A stretch of DNA of 64,000 nucleotides from Octopus vulgaris (lineage: Eukaryota): positions 19,034,001 through 19,098,000 of the forward strand of contig OX597842.1 in NCBI GenBank assembly GCA_951406725.2. The letters run 5' to 3'. Shown here in pieces: positions 29,297 to 45,384 of the stretch (positions are counted from its first letter, which is position 1; each line of letters starts with the position of its first letter). A program made the position numbers and the translations under genes. The notes under the pieces were generated by a model. That model worked only from the letters and a program-made list of their open reading frames with translations, had not been told where the DNA came from and did no database searches.

Positions 29297-30759
29297 TTCT
29301 CATATATATATATATATAATATAAAATCTGTTCTGTCTGTGTGTCTTCTCGGATCTCGGGCATCCTCAATCTGATTGCAGCCAAATTTGATATGTAGATG
29401 CCGAAGGTATCAGGACGTGTATAAGTCTTGAAAATATTACAAAAATCGATTCCAGGTGAGAATACGATCGATAAAGCCATGGGAACGTGCTTTTGTATGC
29501 GCAAGTACATCAGCTGTTGTGATCGATACTACACGTACGCAAGAAAAATGCACATGCAGTTTGTGCCGGCTGGCATGAAATAATGCCACAAAATGCAGTA
29601 TATCTAAGAGACCAAAAAAGTAAGATGCAACAGAGATATTTTCTTCAAACTTGGCATGAAGGAAGGAAAGACTATTTCGTTTCTCAAGAAGTTTTTTTTT
29701 CTTTGCCTTAACTTTGTTTAACAAAACCAAAAGTTTTATTGAAATATAGGCATGCTTAATTATTTTTTAATGAAAAGAACTGTTTAAACCATGTTTGTGT
29801 TCTCCCAGTCAACGGCCTTATAATTACTGGTACTTTAAACTCTTCGGTTGCATATTTTTGTGAATAAAATCGTTTTTCTTTGGAATAGAAAAAAAGTCTA
29901 TCTTTATTTCTTCTTTTGCTGGTGTCCCAAATTTAGGTTAAATCAGTGTTTCTCAAAGGGGAGGCCTATGGAGCGGTCGGACAAGTTGTCTTGAGAAAAT
30001 TTGGTTTAAATGTTTGACAACTCATCACCGTCCTTGGACGGGGAGGAGGGGCATTTTGCAACTGTGTGTGTGTATATATATATATATAATTATAATTCTG
30101 CTTCTTATTATTACTATCTTTTACTTATTTCTGTCATTAGACTGCCATCATGCTGGGGCATCGCCTTGAAGAATCTGTAGTGAGACTGGATCGACCCCAG
30201 AACTTATTTGTTTTTTAGGCCTGGAACTCATTTCATCAGTCTAATATAAAAACAAAATGAAATTATTACTTTACTCACCATTTAATATCACTCCTTATCC
30301 TCCGTAGAGTCTTTCCCCCCAGCAGTTTTGATACAAAAGTAGAAATTCATCGAGAAAAGTCGATAATTTTAGACGAGATCAAAGAATATCTGACCCTAAA
30401 AAGAACCGTTACAAAACTTGTGTAAACGGGGAATATATAAAACATGTAATGGTTTGCTTGAAATACCGAAACGAATTCGTAGCATTGTACCAAATTTAAC
30501 AGCAACTATTTACACCATGCAGTATTTCTTGTGGTTTTTTATGTTCTGATCTCAAATCCCGCCGATGTCAATTTTACCTTTCATTGCTTCGGAATCAAAA
30601 TAAAGATCCATCGATAACAGAGGTTGATACTAATCTCCCCCACACCCCCAATATTAAGTCTATTAATAACAACTTTGCTTCTAGCAGGTAACTGAGGTAA
30701 CAATTATATCCTTTTCTACTCTAGGCACAAGGCAAGAAATTTAGGGTGAGAGGGGCAGT

Positions 30760-31097
30760 CGATTAGATCGACCACAGTACGCAACTGGTACTTAATTTAT
30801 CGACCCCGAAAGGATGAAAGGCAAAGTCTAGCTCGGTGGAATTTGAACTCAGAACGTTAAGACAGACGAAATACCTATTTCTTTATTGCCCAGAATGGGC
30901 TAAACACAGAGGGAACAAACAAGGACAGACAAACGGATTAAGTCGATTATATCGAAGCAGTGGTTATTTACTCGATCCCGCAAGGATAAAAGGCAAAGTC
31001 GACCTCGGCGGAATTTGAACTCAGAACATAAAAAACAGACGAAATACGGCCAGGTATTCCGCCCGGCGTGCTAACGTTTCTGCCAGCTCGCCGCCTT
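30760..31097 (-). mobile_element. SINE family 2, two tandem copies
   Basis: gtcgacctcggcggaatttgaactcagaac..gccagctcgccgcc. Confidence 0.8.
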
Positions 31098-32519
31098 AAG
31101 AAACAATTATATCAAAAGCAACTTCCACAAATGACTGACCAATTAGTAATATGTCACCTATAGAAAATGCGAACATTTGCTGTGCTTGCTAAAAAGACCC
31201 ATGTGCGTGTGAGCGCACCGGGACCACTTTTCGCTAGTAGTACCTACAAAAAGTGCGTAGAAAACGAAAATGAAAAGAATACAGCTCCATATAATATTCA
31301 GAGGAAGATTGTTACTAAAAAAATGCCAGCATTGATTACAGGAAGGGATTAGATCTGAGAGAAATTTGTGTTGGTATTAATTCATTGAAAGACGATAAGG
31401 AAAATTAGTGAGTAAAGGGAGATAAGCAAGGGCATGAGCCTAATTACGGGAAAAAGAAGCATTCGATCTTTAGATGGCTTCATAGGCTTATAACGGTGGT
31501 GGATCTCCGTCGTTTCACAACGAGGAGTCAATCTTTTGGTCAACTGATTTACTTGCACTTCACTGAGTATTTGCTGGTGTACAAGATGCATCCTTACTTT
31601 ACCAGAATATTTAGGGCAGAAACCAGATTAATACGTTTCGTCATTCAGCCATTGGAAAACGTTTTAAAGTAGTTTTGTAGAGAAAACTTACAAGGAAAAA
31701 AATTCAATTTAGAATTACTAAATCAAATTTCACACAATATAATAAATATACAGAAAAAAACACCACCTTTTATTAATTCAAAATGAACAATTAAATTATA
31801 CCATCTAGAAAATTACATATAATAGAAATATTAAAATTAAAATAACAATAAAAAGTCAAAAAAGTAATAATAAAAACGTATATAATTAGTATATATATTT
31901 ATGTACATATATATACGTATATGTGGGTGTATACGTTGTGTTTTAATTATATCTTTATATACGCACATACACACATAAAAAACTGATACACCGTTGCTTA
32001 CGACAATTATAAGCATCCAAATTTAGAGAATGTGTTGAGATCTTCTCACAGGGTACATGTATGGGTGTTTTTTATGCAAAGCAGTATAGATGCCCTTTAC
32101 ATAGATCACCATGATATATATATATATACATACATATAATAATTATTTGAGGGAATATAAATCCAAACTCACAAGGAAAAAAATTCAATTTAGAAATACT
32201 AAATCAAATTTCACAATATAATATATATATATCTAAAAAATTAGAAAAAAAAACACATTTTTATCAATTCAAAATGAACAATTAAATTACATTGCTTGAC
32301 AACCGATGCTGGTGTGTTTATGTCCCCATCACTTAGCGGTTCGGAAATAGCGACCGATAGAATAAGTACTGGGCTTACAAAGAATAAGTCCCGGGGTCGA
32401 GTTGCTCGATTAAAGGCGGTGCTCCAGCATGGCCGCAGTCAAATGACCGAAACAAGTAAAAGATTACTTAGTTTAAAAATTTATTTACTTTGCGTTTTTT
32501 TCTCTTTTTCTTTTTTTAG

Positions 32520-32717
32520 TTATTTCAGTCATTTGACTGCGGCCATGCTGGAGCACCGCCTTTAATCGAGCAACTCGACACCAGGACTTATTCTTTGTAA
32601 GCCTGGTACTTATTCTATCGGTGACTTTTGCCGAACCGTTAGGTTACGGGGACATAAACACACCAGCATCAGTTGTCAAGCAATGCTAGGGGGACAAACA
32701 CAGACACACAAACATAC

Positions 32718-32776
<59 letters not shown>

Positions 32777-32950
32777 CATATATATTCGACGTGCTTCTTT
32801 CAGTTTCCGTCTACTAAATCCACTCACAAGGCTTTGGTCGGCCCAAGGCTATAGTATAAAACACTTGCCCAAGGTGCCACGCAGTGGGACTGAACCCGGA
32901 ACCATGCAGTTGGTAAACAAGCTACTTACCACACAGCCACTCCTGCGCCT
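32520..32950 (-). mobile_element. SINE family 1, full length (tail-to-tail with a partial copy at 32293-32465)
   Basis: Reverse complement of the 2497/44371/58586 family. Confidence 0.85.
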
Positions 32951-33456
32951 TATTATTATTATTATTATTATTATTAATATTCAGTAGTTTTGTTTTTATA
33001 GCGTGCTTTCACTTCACTACCGAGCGCAGCTCTGTGTGCCTTGGCTATGTGCTGTGATTTGTTGTGAAGGTTACTATATTGAAAGTAAGGGGTATCAGCC
33101 ATCTGAACGTGGCTAGCCACTGGGGTGGGGTGTTACTGATGATTTTAGCCCCAGGCGATCAACGTCACCAAAAGGACTTTAGACACTATATCAGTGTCCT
33201 TGTGTTACTTGCAAAGGGAGGTCATCCTCCCTCGAAGACCCGAGTACTACATACGGACTATAGTTTCAAGGTAATTGCCTCTCGTCAACGCATGGTAAGC
33301 ACTGGTCTTCGATGAAGGAGTCCCCTCGCAAGTAATATATAATGTTTTTCACAGTAACCACTGTCACTGATGTAGAAAAACTGTCTGAAAACAATAATAA
33401 ATCTCTGAACGAGATATAAACAGTAACCGCTCGACAACGTAAGGGGTATCAGCCAT

Positions 33457-33617
33457 CAGAAGTATGTGATATACGAAGGAACGTTGTTACCAAAATAATT
33501 ACAACATTAATGAGAAGAAGTAATTAGATCGGACAGAAGTATGTGATATACGAAGGAACGTTGTTACCACAATAATTACAACATTAATGAGAAGAAGTAA
33601 TTAGATCGGACAGAAGT
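33457..33617 (+). repeat. Two-copy 78-bp tandem repeat
   Basis: cagaagtatgtgatatacgaaggaacgttgttacca...tagatcgga twice. Confidence 0.9.
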
Positions 33618-33807
33618 ACGTGTTGCTTATTACAACAGTGGGAAAACAATAGGCTAATTAGACGAGTAAAGGGAAATAAGCAAGTACATAAACCGAAGTC
33701 CAGTAAAAATAAAAACCCTTTCGATTTTTTTATAGCTTTATATGCTTACTAGCAGTATCGCCCGGAGTTGCTCGGGTTTGTTTCGATCATTTAGAATTAG
33801 AATCTTG

Positions 33808-34197
33808 AGATCTTTTCGGTATGAACGGCAGTGTTATATGAAAAAGTCACCCATAATCATGACCCTTGTATCGATCTATTGCATTTCAATCTGTTTTAGG
33901 GTTAGGGTATCTTTTTTTCTTCAGAAATGTAAATAAACCCAATCTGTTTCTTAAACGAGGGACATATTCATACGGCACAGAATGTTTTTTTTTACCTCAA
34001 TAGACGTCATTGATTGGTTGAAATTGCAGAAATTGAAGAAAAAAAACAACAAATATTTTACAAACCATAGAATTTTCTCAATAAAGCCTAGAGAAAAAGA
34101 CATTTTATAAACATATTCTACCAGTATACGAAGTTTAAAAGTGTTTAGTTAGGTGGAAATTATTTTTAAAAACTGCCGTTCAAACCGGAAAGATCTC
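33808..34197. mobile_element. ~390-bp MITE-like element with GATCTTTTCGGT.TGAACGGCAG terminal inverted repeats
   Basis: TIRs visible at both ends; internal ttagggttagggt; rearranged relatives at 49572-51105. Confidence 0.65.
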
Positions 34198-35250
34198 AAT
34201 TTTATATATAGAGAGATTACTAGCAATATCGCCCGGCGTTGCTTGAGTTTGTTTCGACCCTTTAGAATTGGAATGTTTGAAAAGTAATAATTTTGCATTA
34301 TGTAGCTTGTTATTCTCTTTAAGTGAAGATTCTTCTGGTTGAAATACACAGAAAAGTGGCAACACAGAAGTCAAAAATTCGTAAAAAAATAGGGATTTTC
34401 ATAGTAAAAAAGCACCTTTTCGATGTAAATAATTTTTGGGGTTAACATGGTCCGATTTGAATTTTTTCTTCTACGTAAGGAAGAGCAAGCCTTTATCTAT
34501 GATACTCTCAAACTTGATCAACTTGCACAGCAGGGTCTCTTAGGAGATGGTGTTAGTTGAAGGCTGCAAAACCTGCCACACACACAGACAACTTCAGCTT
34601 TATATATATAGATATATCGTGCAATGCCACTCCCTGTAAGAAGCATTTGTGCCAGTTCATGTAAAAAGCACACATGCTGATCCATGTGGTTATTCAACTT
34701 ACTCCTTCCCCTGAAATCGCTGGCCTTGTGCCAAAATAATGTCAGATACAATAATGCCTTGATATATGAGTTAATTTCTTCCTGGAGATTTCTCCTTAAG
34801 TGAAAACTCATAAAGCAAAGCAATAATTTCCCATAGAAGCAATGTTATAAATTGTAATTCATTCCCAGAAAAATATTTTACCAATAAAATTTATAATACT
34901 TGTAAATAAATGACAATAAAACAACAGTAGAATGTAAAGAATATTTTATGTAAAGTCAAAAACAATGTCAAGATTATTTAGAATAGACAAAATATTATTA
35001 TTATAATTGTTTTCTGAATCACTTTCACAAGACTCAGGGACACCATCATTTGTAGACTTGACCACTGATTCACAAGCAAAGAAACAAGTCTAGAGCTGTT
35101 TACTGAGAAGCATTCCTTTGCTCTTTATAAACTTCTTGGTAAGACACAGATGCATTTGTTATGGTAGTAGAAACTTTCAAAATTTGGATGTTGTGCTTGA
35201 AAAATAAAACTCATAAACAATGTCTGTAACTTGGGAAATGAATCTATTCC

Positions 35251-36897
<1,647 letters not shown>

Positions 36898-36914
36898 AAT
36901 TTTCCTTTCTCTCC

Positions 36915-37766
36915 TCACAGTACACAAGGTTTTCCTTCTTCTCGTATATTACTCTTAACAAATGATTTACCAGAGATATCACAATGATATGACTTCTCTC
37001 CTATATGAACACACCTGTGCTTGGTTAATTTATCCTTTTGAGAGAAAGATTTACCACAAATTTCACAGTGATATGGCTTTTCTCCTGTATGAACATGCTT
37101 GTGCATGGTTAAGTGTTCGTTTCGAGAGAAAGAATTGCCACAGATTTCACAGTGATGTGGTTTTTTTCCTGTATGAACACGCCTGTGCATAGTTAACTGA
37201 TTATTTTGAGAAAAAGATTTACCACAGATTTCACAGTGATGTGGTTTTTCTCCTGTATGAACACTACTTCTGTGCCTAGTTAAGTGATTGTTTCGAGAAA
37301 AGGATTTACCACAGATTTCACAGTGATATGGTTTTTCTCCTGTATGAACATGCTTGTGCTTGGTTAAGGTATCATTTCGAGAGAAAGATTTACCACAAAT
37401 TTCACAGTGATATGGTTTTTCTCCTGTATGAACACGCCTGTGCATAGTTAAGTGATCGTTTCGAGAGAAAGATTTGTCACAGATTTCACAGTGATATGGT
37501 CCTTCTCCTGTATGAACACCACTCTTGTGCCTAGTTAAGTTTTCGTTTCGAGAGAAAGATTTACCACAGATATCACAGTGATATGGTTTTTCTCCTGTAT
37601 GAGTACGTTCGTGAATGAGTAACTTAGTTTTCCAAGAGAACGACTTGCCACAGATATCACAATCAAATGATGTTTTGCCCTTTTCATTCTTCTCCTCATC
37701 AGAAAAATCAATTTCTTCAGACTCTCTTTTACATTCAACTTCACTCCGATATAATTCATTTTCCAT
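36915..37766 (-). CDS. C2H2 zinc-finger protein C1, 8 complete fingers
   Basis: Open frame from MENELY; ends by reading into the 5' region of C2; acceptor at 38519. Confidence 0.82.
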   Translation of the reverse strand: MENELYRSEVECKRESEEIDFSDEEKNEKGKTSFDCDICGKSFSWKTKLLIHERTHTGEKPYHCDICGKSFSRNENLTRHKSGVHTGEGPYHCEICDKSFSRNDHLTMHRRVHTGEKPYHCEICGKSFSRNDTLTKHKHVHTGEKPYHCEICGKSFSRNNHLTRHRSSVHTGEKPHHCEICGKSFSQNNQLTMHRRVHTGKKPHHCEICGNSFSRNEHLTMHKHVHTGEKPYHCEICGKSFSQKDKLTKHRCVHIGEKSYHCDISGKSFVKSNIREEGKPCVL

Positions 37767-39064
37767 AATTTTCCTTTCTCTCGTCACAGTACACAAAGGT
37801 TTTCCTTCTTCTCGTATATTGCTCTGAACAAATATTTCTACTGATATATCTCCATCAAAAGTGATCTTTGTTAATATCTGAAGATGCTGCAAACTGCCTT
37901 CTTACTTGCTTTAACTCATTAACATTCAGATTACTCTGTCAAATAGAATGTTTATTGAAATTCTTCTGAATTAATCATTCATTATGTTATCATGTTCAGA
38001 TTTCAATGTAGTGATTGTTTATTTTTAGAATGACCTTGTAGGGTGGGGGTGAGGCGTGGGATCTGGCTAGTATGAATATAAAACACCCAAAAATATGGCC
38101 AGTTTAACCGTTTAGCATTGAGATTCCTTTGTGAAATGTGATGCTTATTTATTCATATTGTTTTGAATTAATCATGGATTATCTCATAGCTTTGAGACTT
38201 CAGTGATTTGATTGTTTATGTTTAAACTGACACTGCAAGGTGAGTGTGGGAGGTCAGAATATTTGTGCTAGTTTAAATGCTAAATGATTAATTAAGATGC
38301 AAATATAATTTTCTGTGTATTCCAGACAATAAAGAAGAGAAATTTTGCTACATATATGTCAGAGTTCAGAAGATATATTTTGCAGTAATTCAGTAAATAT
38401 TCATAGAAACAGGGTTATACGTGTTTTGTATAACATCTTTGCTCAGTCTTCAAAAGACTTTCCATTCTAATGTCGTTGCTTATGTAAAAATCCTGTGAAG
38501 CAGATGCCATCTGATAATCTGAAACGAAAGAGAAACAACAGTGTAAAACATACAAGATAATTAGGAATTAGAGAGATTAAAGCAGTGAAAGTTTTACTAC
38601 ATTTTTATATAGACATGGCTGCAGAAGTGCAGGGATGGTTGTGTGGTAAGAAGTTGGCTTCCCAACCACATGGTCCTGGATTCAGTCCCAGAGTGGCCAA
38701 TCAAAGACATGTTTGATGGAAACTGAAAGAAGCTTGACTTGTCCCAAATACCAAAATGAATTCTAATCGAAATAAGCAAAACAGAAATTTAAATACGAGG
38801 AACCATTTGATAAGTCACCTGATGGGACATGTCTTCATCAAAGGATGCCCCACAACTGTTCGTACAGAATCTCACCTGCGAGGCACAGATGTACGATGGG
38901 TTGAAACAATCAGAGTGAATACTAGTCTTGGAAATTCTATTTTCTTTCTCTTTCTCTCATTTTAAACTCTACTGACATGAAGGAATTCCTCAAGTAAATC
39001 CAGTGTCATTTATATCCATACTGTAGATGACATCAGATAGCCAAATACAGTGGGAAGGCTATCT

Positions 39065-39340
39065 AAAATAATTGATTTATCTGATGATGTAGAGAATGAA
39101 GAGGGCAAAACATCATATGATTGTGATACCTGTGGTAAATTATTCTCTCGGAAAACTAACTTACTCACTCACCGACGTATTCATATAGGAGAGAAGCCAT
39201 ATCATTGTGATACCTGTGGTAGATCATTCTCTCGAAATCAAGGCTTGACTAGGCACAGACGCGTCCATACAGGTGAGAAGCCATATCACTGTGATATCTG
39301 TGGCAAATCGTTCACTCAGAAAGGCAATGGTATACTATAA
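39065..39340 (+). pseudogene. Inverted C2H2 mini-copy in unit C (open frame, 2.5 fingers)
   Basis: ORF 39050-39340, paralogous to the A and B copies. Confidence 0.8.
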
Positions 39341-39933
39341 GGTGTATATATAAATTTTAAATTATTACTTCATCATCATTTAAATTCCATTTTACACACT
39401 GGCATGGGTTGGATGATTTGAAAAGAGCTAACCAGCTGAAGGGCTGATCAGGCCCCATCTCTATCTTAAAATAGTTTCTATGGCTGGATGCCCTTTCTAA
39501 CACAAACTTTTTACAGAACGTACTGGGTGATATTACGCAGTACCACTGGGTGCTTTGTACGTGGTATCAGCACCCATGAGCGTGCAAGATTAGGGATGCT
39601 CAGCTGGAAGGGGGTTGGAAGGGACAAGCTTGTATGCAAGGGCAACCATGCTTTTACTTAGCTTGATGTGTCTTTTCAAACACAGCAAACTGCCAGGATT
39701 CTCGTTTCCTGATCCCCTTCATTTAATGTCTGCCTTCAATACCAGTATCTGCTGGATGGTTTGGTAGGAGGTGGTCAGTCAGAAGACTGCCCCAGACTTG
39801 TGTGTCTGTTTTGGCTCAGCTTTTACAGCTGGATGCTCTTCCTAACACCAACCATACTACAGAGTGTATTGAGTACATTTTAAGTGGCAAGATCACAGGC
39901 AAGGTCAGTTTTTGCACAGCTTTTTACATTTAA

Positions 39934-40962
39934 CCCTTTCGTTACCAAACCGACCAAAGCCGCCCGTATTTACCTATTCATTTTTAAATGAGAATATCAG
40001 AGCAAATCTCTTTAGTACATTCGTGAAAACACGTGATTATACTTCGTAAACTGTTTATCTACAGTTTTGTACAATGATCGACGTGTAATTTTAATTCCCT
40101 GAATTTTGGGAGATTTTTTTCCACATTTTTTTCGGCATCGATTTTTCTTCAACTTTGAAAATAGGTAGGAGTTTCACGTTATCAAGCATTGATTCCGAAT
40201 TGGAAAATTTGTGAAACAAATACTGGGTACTGTTGTGGATTTAGTTTTTATACAAGGAAACTAATGTTAGTCAGCATGGTTTAGGGTATGATGTGGTCTG
40301 GAAGTTATTGTTTAAAGCGATCAATGCGGAAACAAAAATTTCGCAGAATGTAAACAAACCCAAAATGGGGGTTTAAATTTCGGAAAATTTGTGAAGCAAA
40401 TACTGGGTACTGCGTGGATTTAGTTCTTATACAGGGAAAATAATGTTAGTCAGCATGGCCTAGGGAACGATGTGGTCTGGAATTTATCACTTCCTTACCA
40501 TAACCAGGGCCGTATACTATTTTTTGACCGATTTCTTTAGTTCGGTCAAACATACGGTGGATTCCAATATTTCAGTTTATTCCACCTTTATGGTACACCT
40601 GTTGTGCATTAAATTCAACTGATGATATAGTGATGTGCACAATTCTTCTTTATCAAAATTTTGTTGCATACCCATTTGAATATTAGCTGATGATTCATTT
40701 TCTATGGTGAAATTTAAACAAAATTTTAATATTTTTACCTTTTGCTCAATTTACCTGTAATTAAAGTCAATTTGAGACAAAAGTTATGCAATAGAATTGA
40801 TTAAGAACCCATTCTTTAATTATGTTCCAAATATCACATTTATGTTGATAAGTAAAAAAGTTACAGTTATTTAATGAAACAAGCCTAGATTCATGATTAT
40901 TTTAGAATTTAATTGAAACTCATGAGGGGTGTATTTTAGTCAGAAATATAGTAAGGAAAGGG
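39934..40962 (+). mobile_element. Internally deleted piggyBac element with TTAA target duplication
   Basis: TTAA|CCCTTTCGTTAC...GTAAGGAAAGGG|TTAA; single TTAA at the empty sites in A (~20102) and B (~28553); transposase remnant YTGK..QHGLGNDVVWNLSLPYHNQGRILFFD at ~40425-40530. Confidence 0.88.
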
Positions 40963-41828
40963 TTAATGTCCATTTACTATGCTTCGCTGGGTTGGTTGGT
41001 TTGACCTGTGCTGGCAAACAGGGGTGCTGCCCCCAGTTCCTGTCTGATTTAGATTGCTTTCTACAGCTGGACACTCTTCTTAATGCCCACCACTTTAGAG
41101 ATTGTATTGAGATCTTCACACATGGTCGTCGTATGGGTGTTTTTTATGCAGAGCAGTATAGATGCCCTTTACACAGATCACCATGATATATATATATATG
41201 TATTTTTTTTATGCCTGGCACTCATTTTATCAGTCTACTGCCGAAAGTTCCAGGGATGTAAATATACCAACACCGTTTGTTAAGCGGGAATGGGAGGGGA
41301 AGAAACACTAACACAAAGACAAACATACATACTGAGGCAAATCCAGAATTTCTTTTAAAATTTTAACTTTCATGTGTACGAGCCCACCAAATTTATATTT
41401 TCATATTAAATTCCGATAGAATTCTAATATACACATTCTGAATGGTATTTATAGCAAATTTCATAAAAACATATTTTTCTATAAATAACTTAATTTTCAT
41501 AAATTCAGCAGGTTTACAAATAGCATTTATGATCGGGAAAGTGTAAAGAAATCTTGAATATTGTTAAGATTTCCCACTAAAACAGGTTTGTACAAAGAGA
41601 AAACCAAATTTAATATAAAATAAGAAGAAATTATTACTTCACTCACAATTTAATCTCACTCGTTATCTTCGAAATAGTCCTTTCCCCTTCAGTTTTGATA
41701 CAAAAGTAGAAATTCATCCAGAAAAAAAAGCTGGCAGGATCGTTAGCACGCCGGACGAAATGCTAACCGCTATTTCGACCGTCGCTACGTTCGTAGTGAA
41801 TGCGGGAGATTAGAAGTAAGACACTCAC

Positions 41829-42040
41829 CTTCTCTTCGTTGACCCTTATCTGTCCGATAGTAATGTACCCTTCACGTGGCCCGTCCCGAAACGCTAAAAA
41901 TAGCAGATGCTATCCCTCATCTGGTCAAAGCACTGACACGTCCTGCACTCACAACTTCCCCAATCGAAAAGGGCGCAATCGCCCCAACCCTGTGCGCGCC
42001 CTTCCTCTTCCGGTCAGCTTCCTAGCCGCTGACGTAATCC
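41829..42040 (-). promoter_or_regulatory. Putative promoter and non-coding exon 1 serving gene C1
   Basis: CCGGAAG 42007-42013, TGACGTAA 42030-42037, consensus donor AG|GTGAGT at 41829. Confidence 0.55.
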
Positions 42041-42899
42041 CACAGTTCCCAGTTCAAATTCCACCATGGTCGATTGGGTCTTTCATCATTTAGGTGTCGA
42101 TAAAATAAGTACCCGTTGACTAAACCCCATCCTCTAGAAGAAGGATATTTTTAGTACGAGGGATGGTTTAGTGTGAGAAAATGTTAGTAATTGTACACGG
42201 TTGGCATTATTCAAACAAAAAACTGAAACGTTCTTATTTATTAAATTCGTAACAAGTGTTGTATAAGGATTTCCTGGCATTCTTGTGTAATTAAATTTGG
42301 TGGCTCAAAATTTTAACATAACAATGAAAATGGCTGGTATAAAGAATTGGGAGGGGATAAAACACCCAAGAAAATATTAAGGGCTATGGTGAAAGTAAAT
42401 TAACCAAAACTCAAATCTCATGATAAAAATGAATAATTAGTAAATTATTTATAATTAATAAATTAACCAAAATCTTATGATAAAAATGAATAATCAGTAA
42501 ATTAACCAAAACCAAAATCTCATGATAAAAATGAATTAGTAAATAATTAATAATAATAATTATTAATAATAATTAGTAAATTATCCTGCATCTGATAGAA
42601 GGATTATCTAGCATTGGTAAAGACAGTGGTTTCTGTCAATTTTTATTCTTGATAATATTTTTCTCTTTGAATTCTTCTTTCTCAAACAAGAAACTAGAGA
42701 ATGCAAATCCATTCTATAGCAACTAAATAGTTCAAAAGATAGTTGATCCTTGAGAATGAAGCTAACTAATCCATTCAGTCAAACAAAACAAAAAAAAAAA
42801 AACTAATTCAAAAGAAATTTTTGAACTTGTTCAGTTACAAACTGTGATTTTTGTTTAAATATTAGAAAAATATTACGGAGATGTACTTGCATAGCAAGT

Positions 42900-43243
42900 G
42901 ATTTGATCTGAGATCGTGTACTGGAATGAAAACAATTGCAGCGTGGAAGGTGTTAATAAGCCATTTAAGAAACACATAAAATCCGTTCGATTCACTTCAA
43001 CATTTAAGTTTAATTTGTCAAAATATTTTCCTCGCTTTAAGACCGCCACCTGTTCACTGACAAGATGCAGCACGGATTTTTGTCAGTAAACAGGTCGCGG
43101 TCTTAAAGGGACGAAAATATTTTGACAAATTAAACTTAAATGTTGAAGTGAATCGAACGGCTTTTGTGTGTTTCTTAAATGGCTTACAAACACCTTCCAC
43201 GCTGCAATTATTTTCATGATTAGGACATGGTGATCTCATATCA
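42900..43243. repeat. Fold-back element with ~165-bp arms
   Basis: aattgcagcgtggaaggtgtt..taagccatttaagaaacac mirrored by gtgtttcttaaatggctta..aacaccttccacgctgcaatt. Confidence 0.9.
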
Positions 43244-44370
43244 AGATAAACAGCATATGACCTTGCAGGTGGGGCCCAGTTAGAATTTTCTTCAGGTTGA
43301 GTAGCCCCTCCTGCTCAAACGGTCCCTGAATAAGGGTTGTTTAAGGATGTTGAAAGAACCACCCATGTTTCCAGAGGTGAACTATTCAAACCCCAAAGAA
43401 TCCCTCTCAACACATGGCTATGATGCTCCCCCACTACTTCTGCTCGTGATCAGAGATGCACGTATCGTCAGCCACTAAGGGACATGCTCAACTGGTTAAG
43501 GTCAAACAACTGACAAGCAAATCTGTGGTATTGAGCAGAATATTTGCTGTTGCCCATCTTTTATACCAAGACAAAACAATGTACATGATAACACTTCCAA
43601 TCAGTTAAGATCAGAAGCCATGAGACCCAGTGCCTGGTACTGCATCAGGGCTATTATAGTCATTGTACAGTAAACGATATGATGAGGTTGCTGATTGAAG
43701 ATATTGCTTAACAACAACCACAACAAGAGCAGAGGCAGGTGACCACTAGAGCTGGAAAAGCAATATCTATCAATCAACAACAAGAACAACAACAACAACA
43801 GTAGCCAACAGAACAAAGAATTCACCAACATTTAGGGTTTCCACACAGCAAACAGCAGCAAAAACAACAACAGAAATTCCTACAAATTTGTCCCTCACCT
43901 ATTAGGGCAGCCAGGCGTGTCCTTCACAGGGGGATGGTGCTGACAAAGAGTCTGAATGGCAAAATGTCAACAGGTGAAATATCAACACAAAAATCTGACA
44001 GGTAGGAAACACCTTTGAAAACAAATTGACAAATATTTCCACCAACAGCACCCACACTAGTACCTTCAATAACAAACATCACCCCAATCACTACCGTCGA
44101 CACCACCCTCACAAGCACACAACCCAATTCACACACACAACTCCCAAATGTCTCAACACCAGCAAAGGTCAAACGTTCTGAACTACAGAGCAATAAACAC
44201 AAACAATAAAGACCCAAGGGGTCACACACATAACCATACAGACATCACACACACATAGGGGTCATCCAAACATCACAAGACTCAATACCATAAAAACTAA
44301 ATTTCCTGACGGAGTAGGGGCCTTCGGAAGAGACGTCAATAAAAGACTATATAAAGAAACATCCATATAT

Positions 44371-44770
44371 AGGCGCAGGAGTGGCTGTGTGTTAAGTAGC
44401 TTGCTAACCAACCACATGGTTCCGGGTTCAGTCCCACTGCGTGGTATCTTGAGCAAGTGTCTTCTGCTATAGCCCCGGGCCGACCAATGCCTTGTGAGTG
44501 GATTTGGTAAAAGGAAACTGAGAGAAGCCCGTCGTATATATGTATGTATATATATGTAAGTATGTGTTTGTGTGTCTGTGTTTGTCTCCCTAGCATTGCT
44601 TGACAACCGATGCTGGTGTGTTTATGTCCCTGTCACTTAGCGGTTCGGCAAAAGAGACCGATAGAATAAGTACTGGGCTTACAAAGAATAAGTCCCGAGG
44701 TCGATTTGCTTGACTAAAGGCGGTGCTCCAGCATGGCCTCAGTCAAATGACTGAAACAAGTAAAGAGAGT
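44371..44770 (+). mobile_element. SINE family 1, full length
   Basis: ggcgcaggagtggctgtgt...cagtcaaatgactgaaacaagtaaagagag. Confidence 0.88.
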
Positions 44771-44774
44771 ATAT

Positions 44775-44975
44775 ACCTATTTCTTTACTACCCACAAGGG
44801 GCTAAACACAGAGGGGACAAACGGATAAGTGCATAACTGGTACTTAATTTATCAACCCCGAAAGGATGAAATGCAAAGTCGACCTCGGCGGAATTTGAAC
44901 TCAGACCGCAGCGGCGGACGAAATACCACTAAGCATTTCGCCTGCCGTGCTAACGTCTCTGCCAGCTTGCTGCCT
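44775..44975 (-). mobile_element. SINE family 2
   Basis: gtcgacctcggcggaatttgaactcag..ctgccagcttgctgcc. Confidence 0.8.
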
Positions 44976-45077
44976 TGAAACATCCATATATACCAATGAG
45001 GATGGAACATCCATCCCCACAAAAGTACTGTGAGTAACCTTTTCTTCTTCCGTAGTCTAACCCGATATGGCCTTGTT

Positions 45078-45380
45078 CGGAATAGGCAGTATAAATGCAT
45101 GTGGCCTGGGTTGTCTTGGAAACAGGGCCATCTACTCAATGACCTCAGGTCACTAAGTGTTGATGTCGTGACCATCAGTGAAACCAGACTCTCTGGCCAT
45201 TTCCAAGATCTATTTATCTCCATGTCAACCAGGAATACAAGGTGAAACTGCAGTGTTTTTCCAGAGGGGCCTATCTTCGTAGACCCTCAAGTTAAGTTGG
45301 TGATACTGGACATGAACAGTAGTGACAGGGGTGTCCTCAGACTGGTGGCTGTTTATGCTCTGACACGAGCAGGACTGTTT
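45078..45380 (+). mobile_element. Degenerate AP-endonuclease N-terminus of an L1/Tx1-like LINE
   Basis: RIGSINACGL..LLNDLRSLSVDVVTISETRL..LVILDMN..VLRLVAVYA across frameshifts. Confidence 0.5.
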
Positions 45381-45384
45381 GTCA

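Noticed and set aside
33896-33909. TTAGGG motifs as interstitial telomere (also ~49940, ~50465)
   Set aside because: Only two or three units, always inside the same MITE-like family
44371-44445. tRNA genes at SINE heads
   Set aside because: A/B-box-like motifs continue into SINE bodies in many copies; no complete cloverleaf seen
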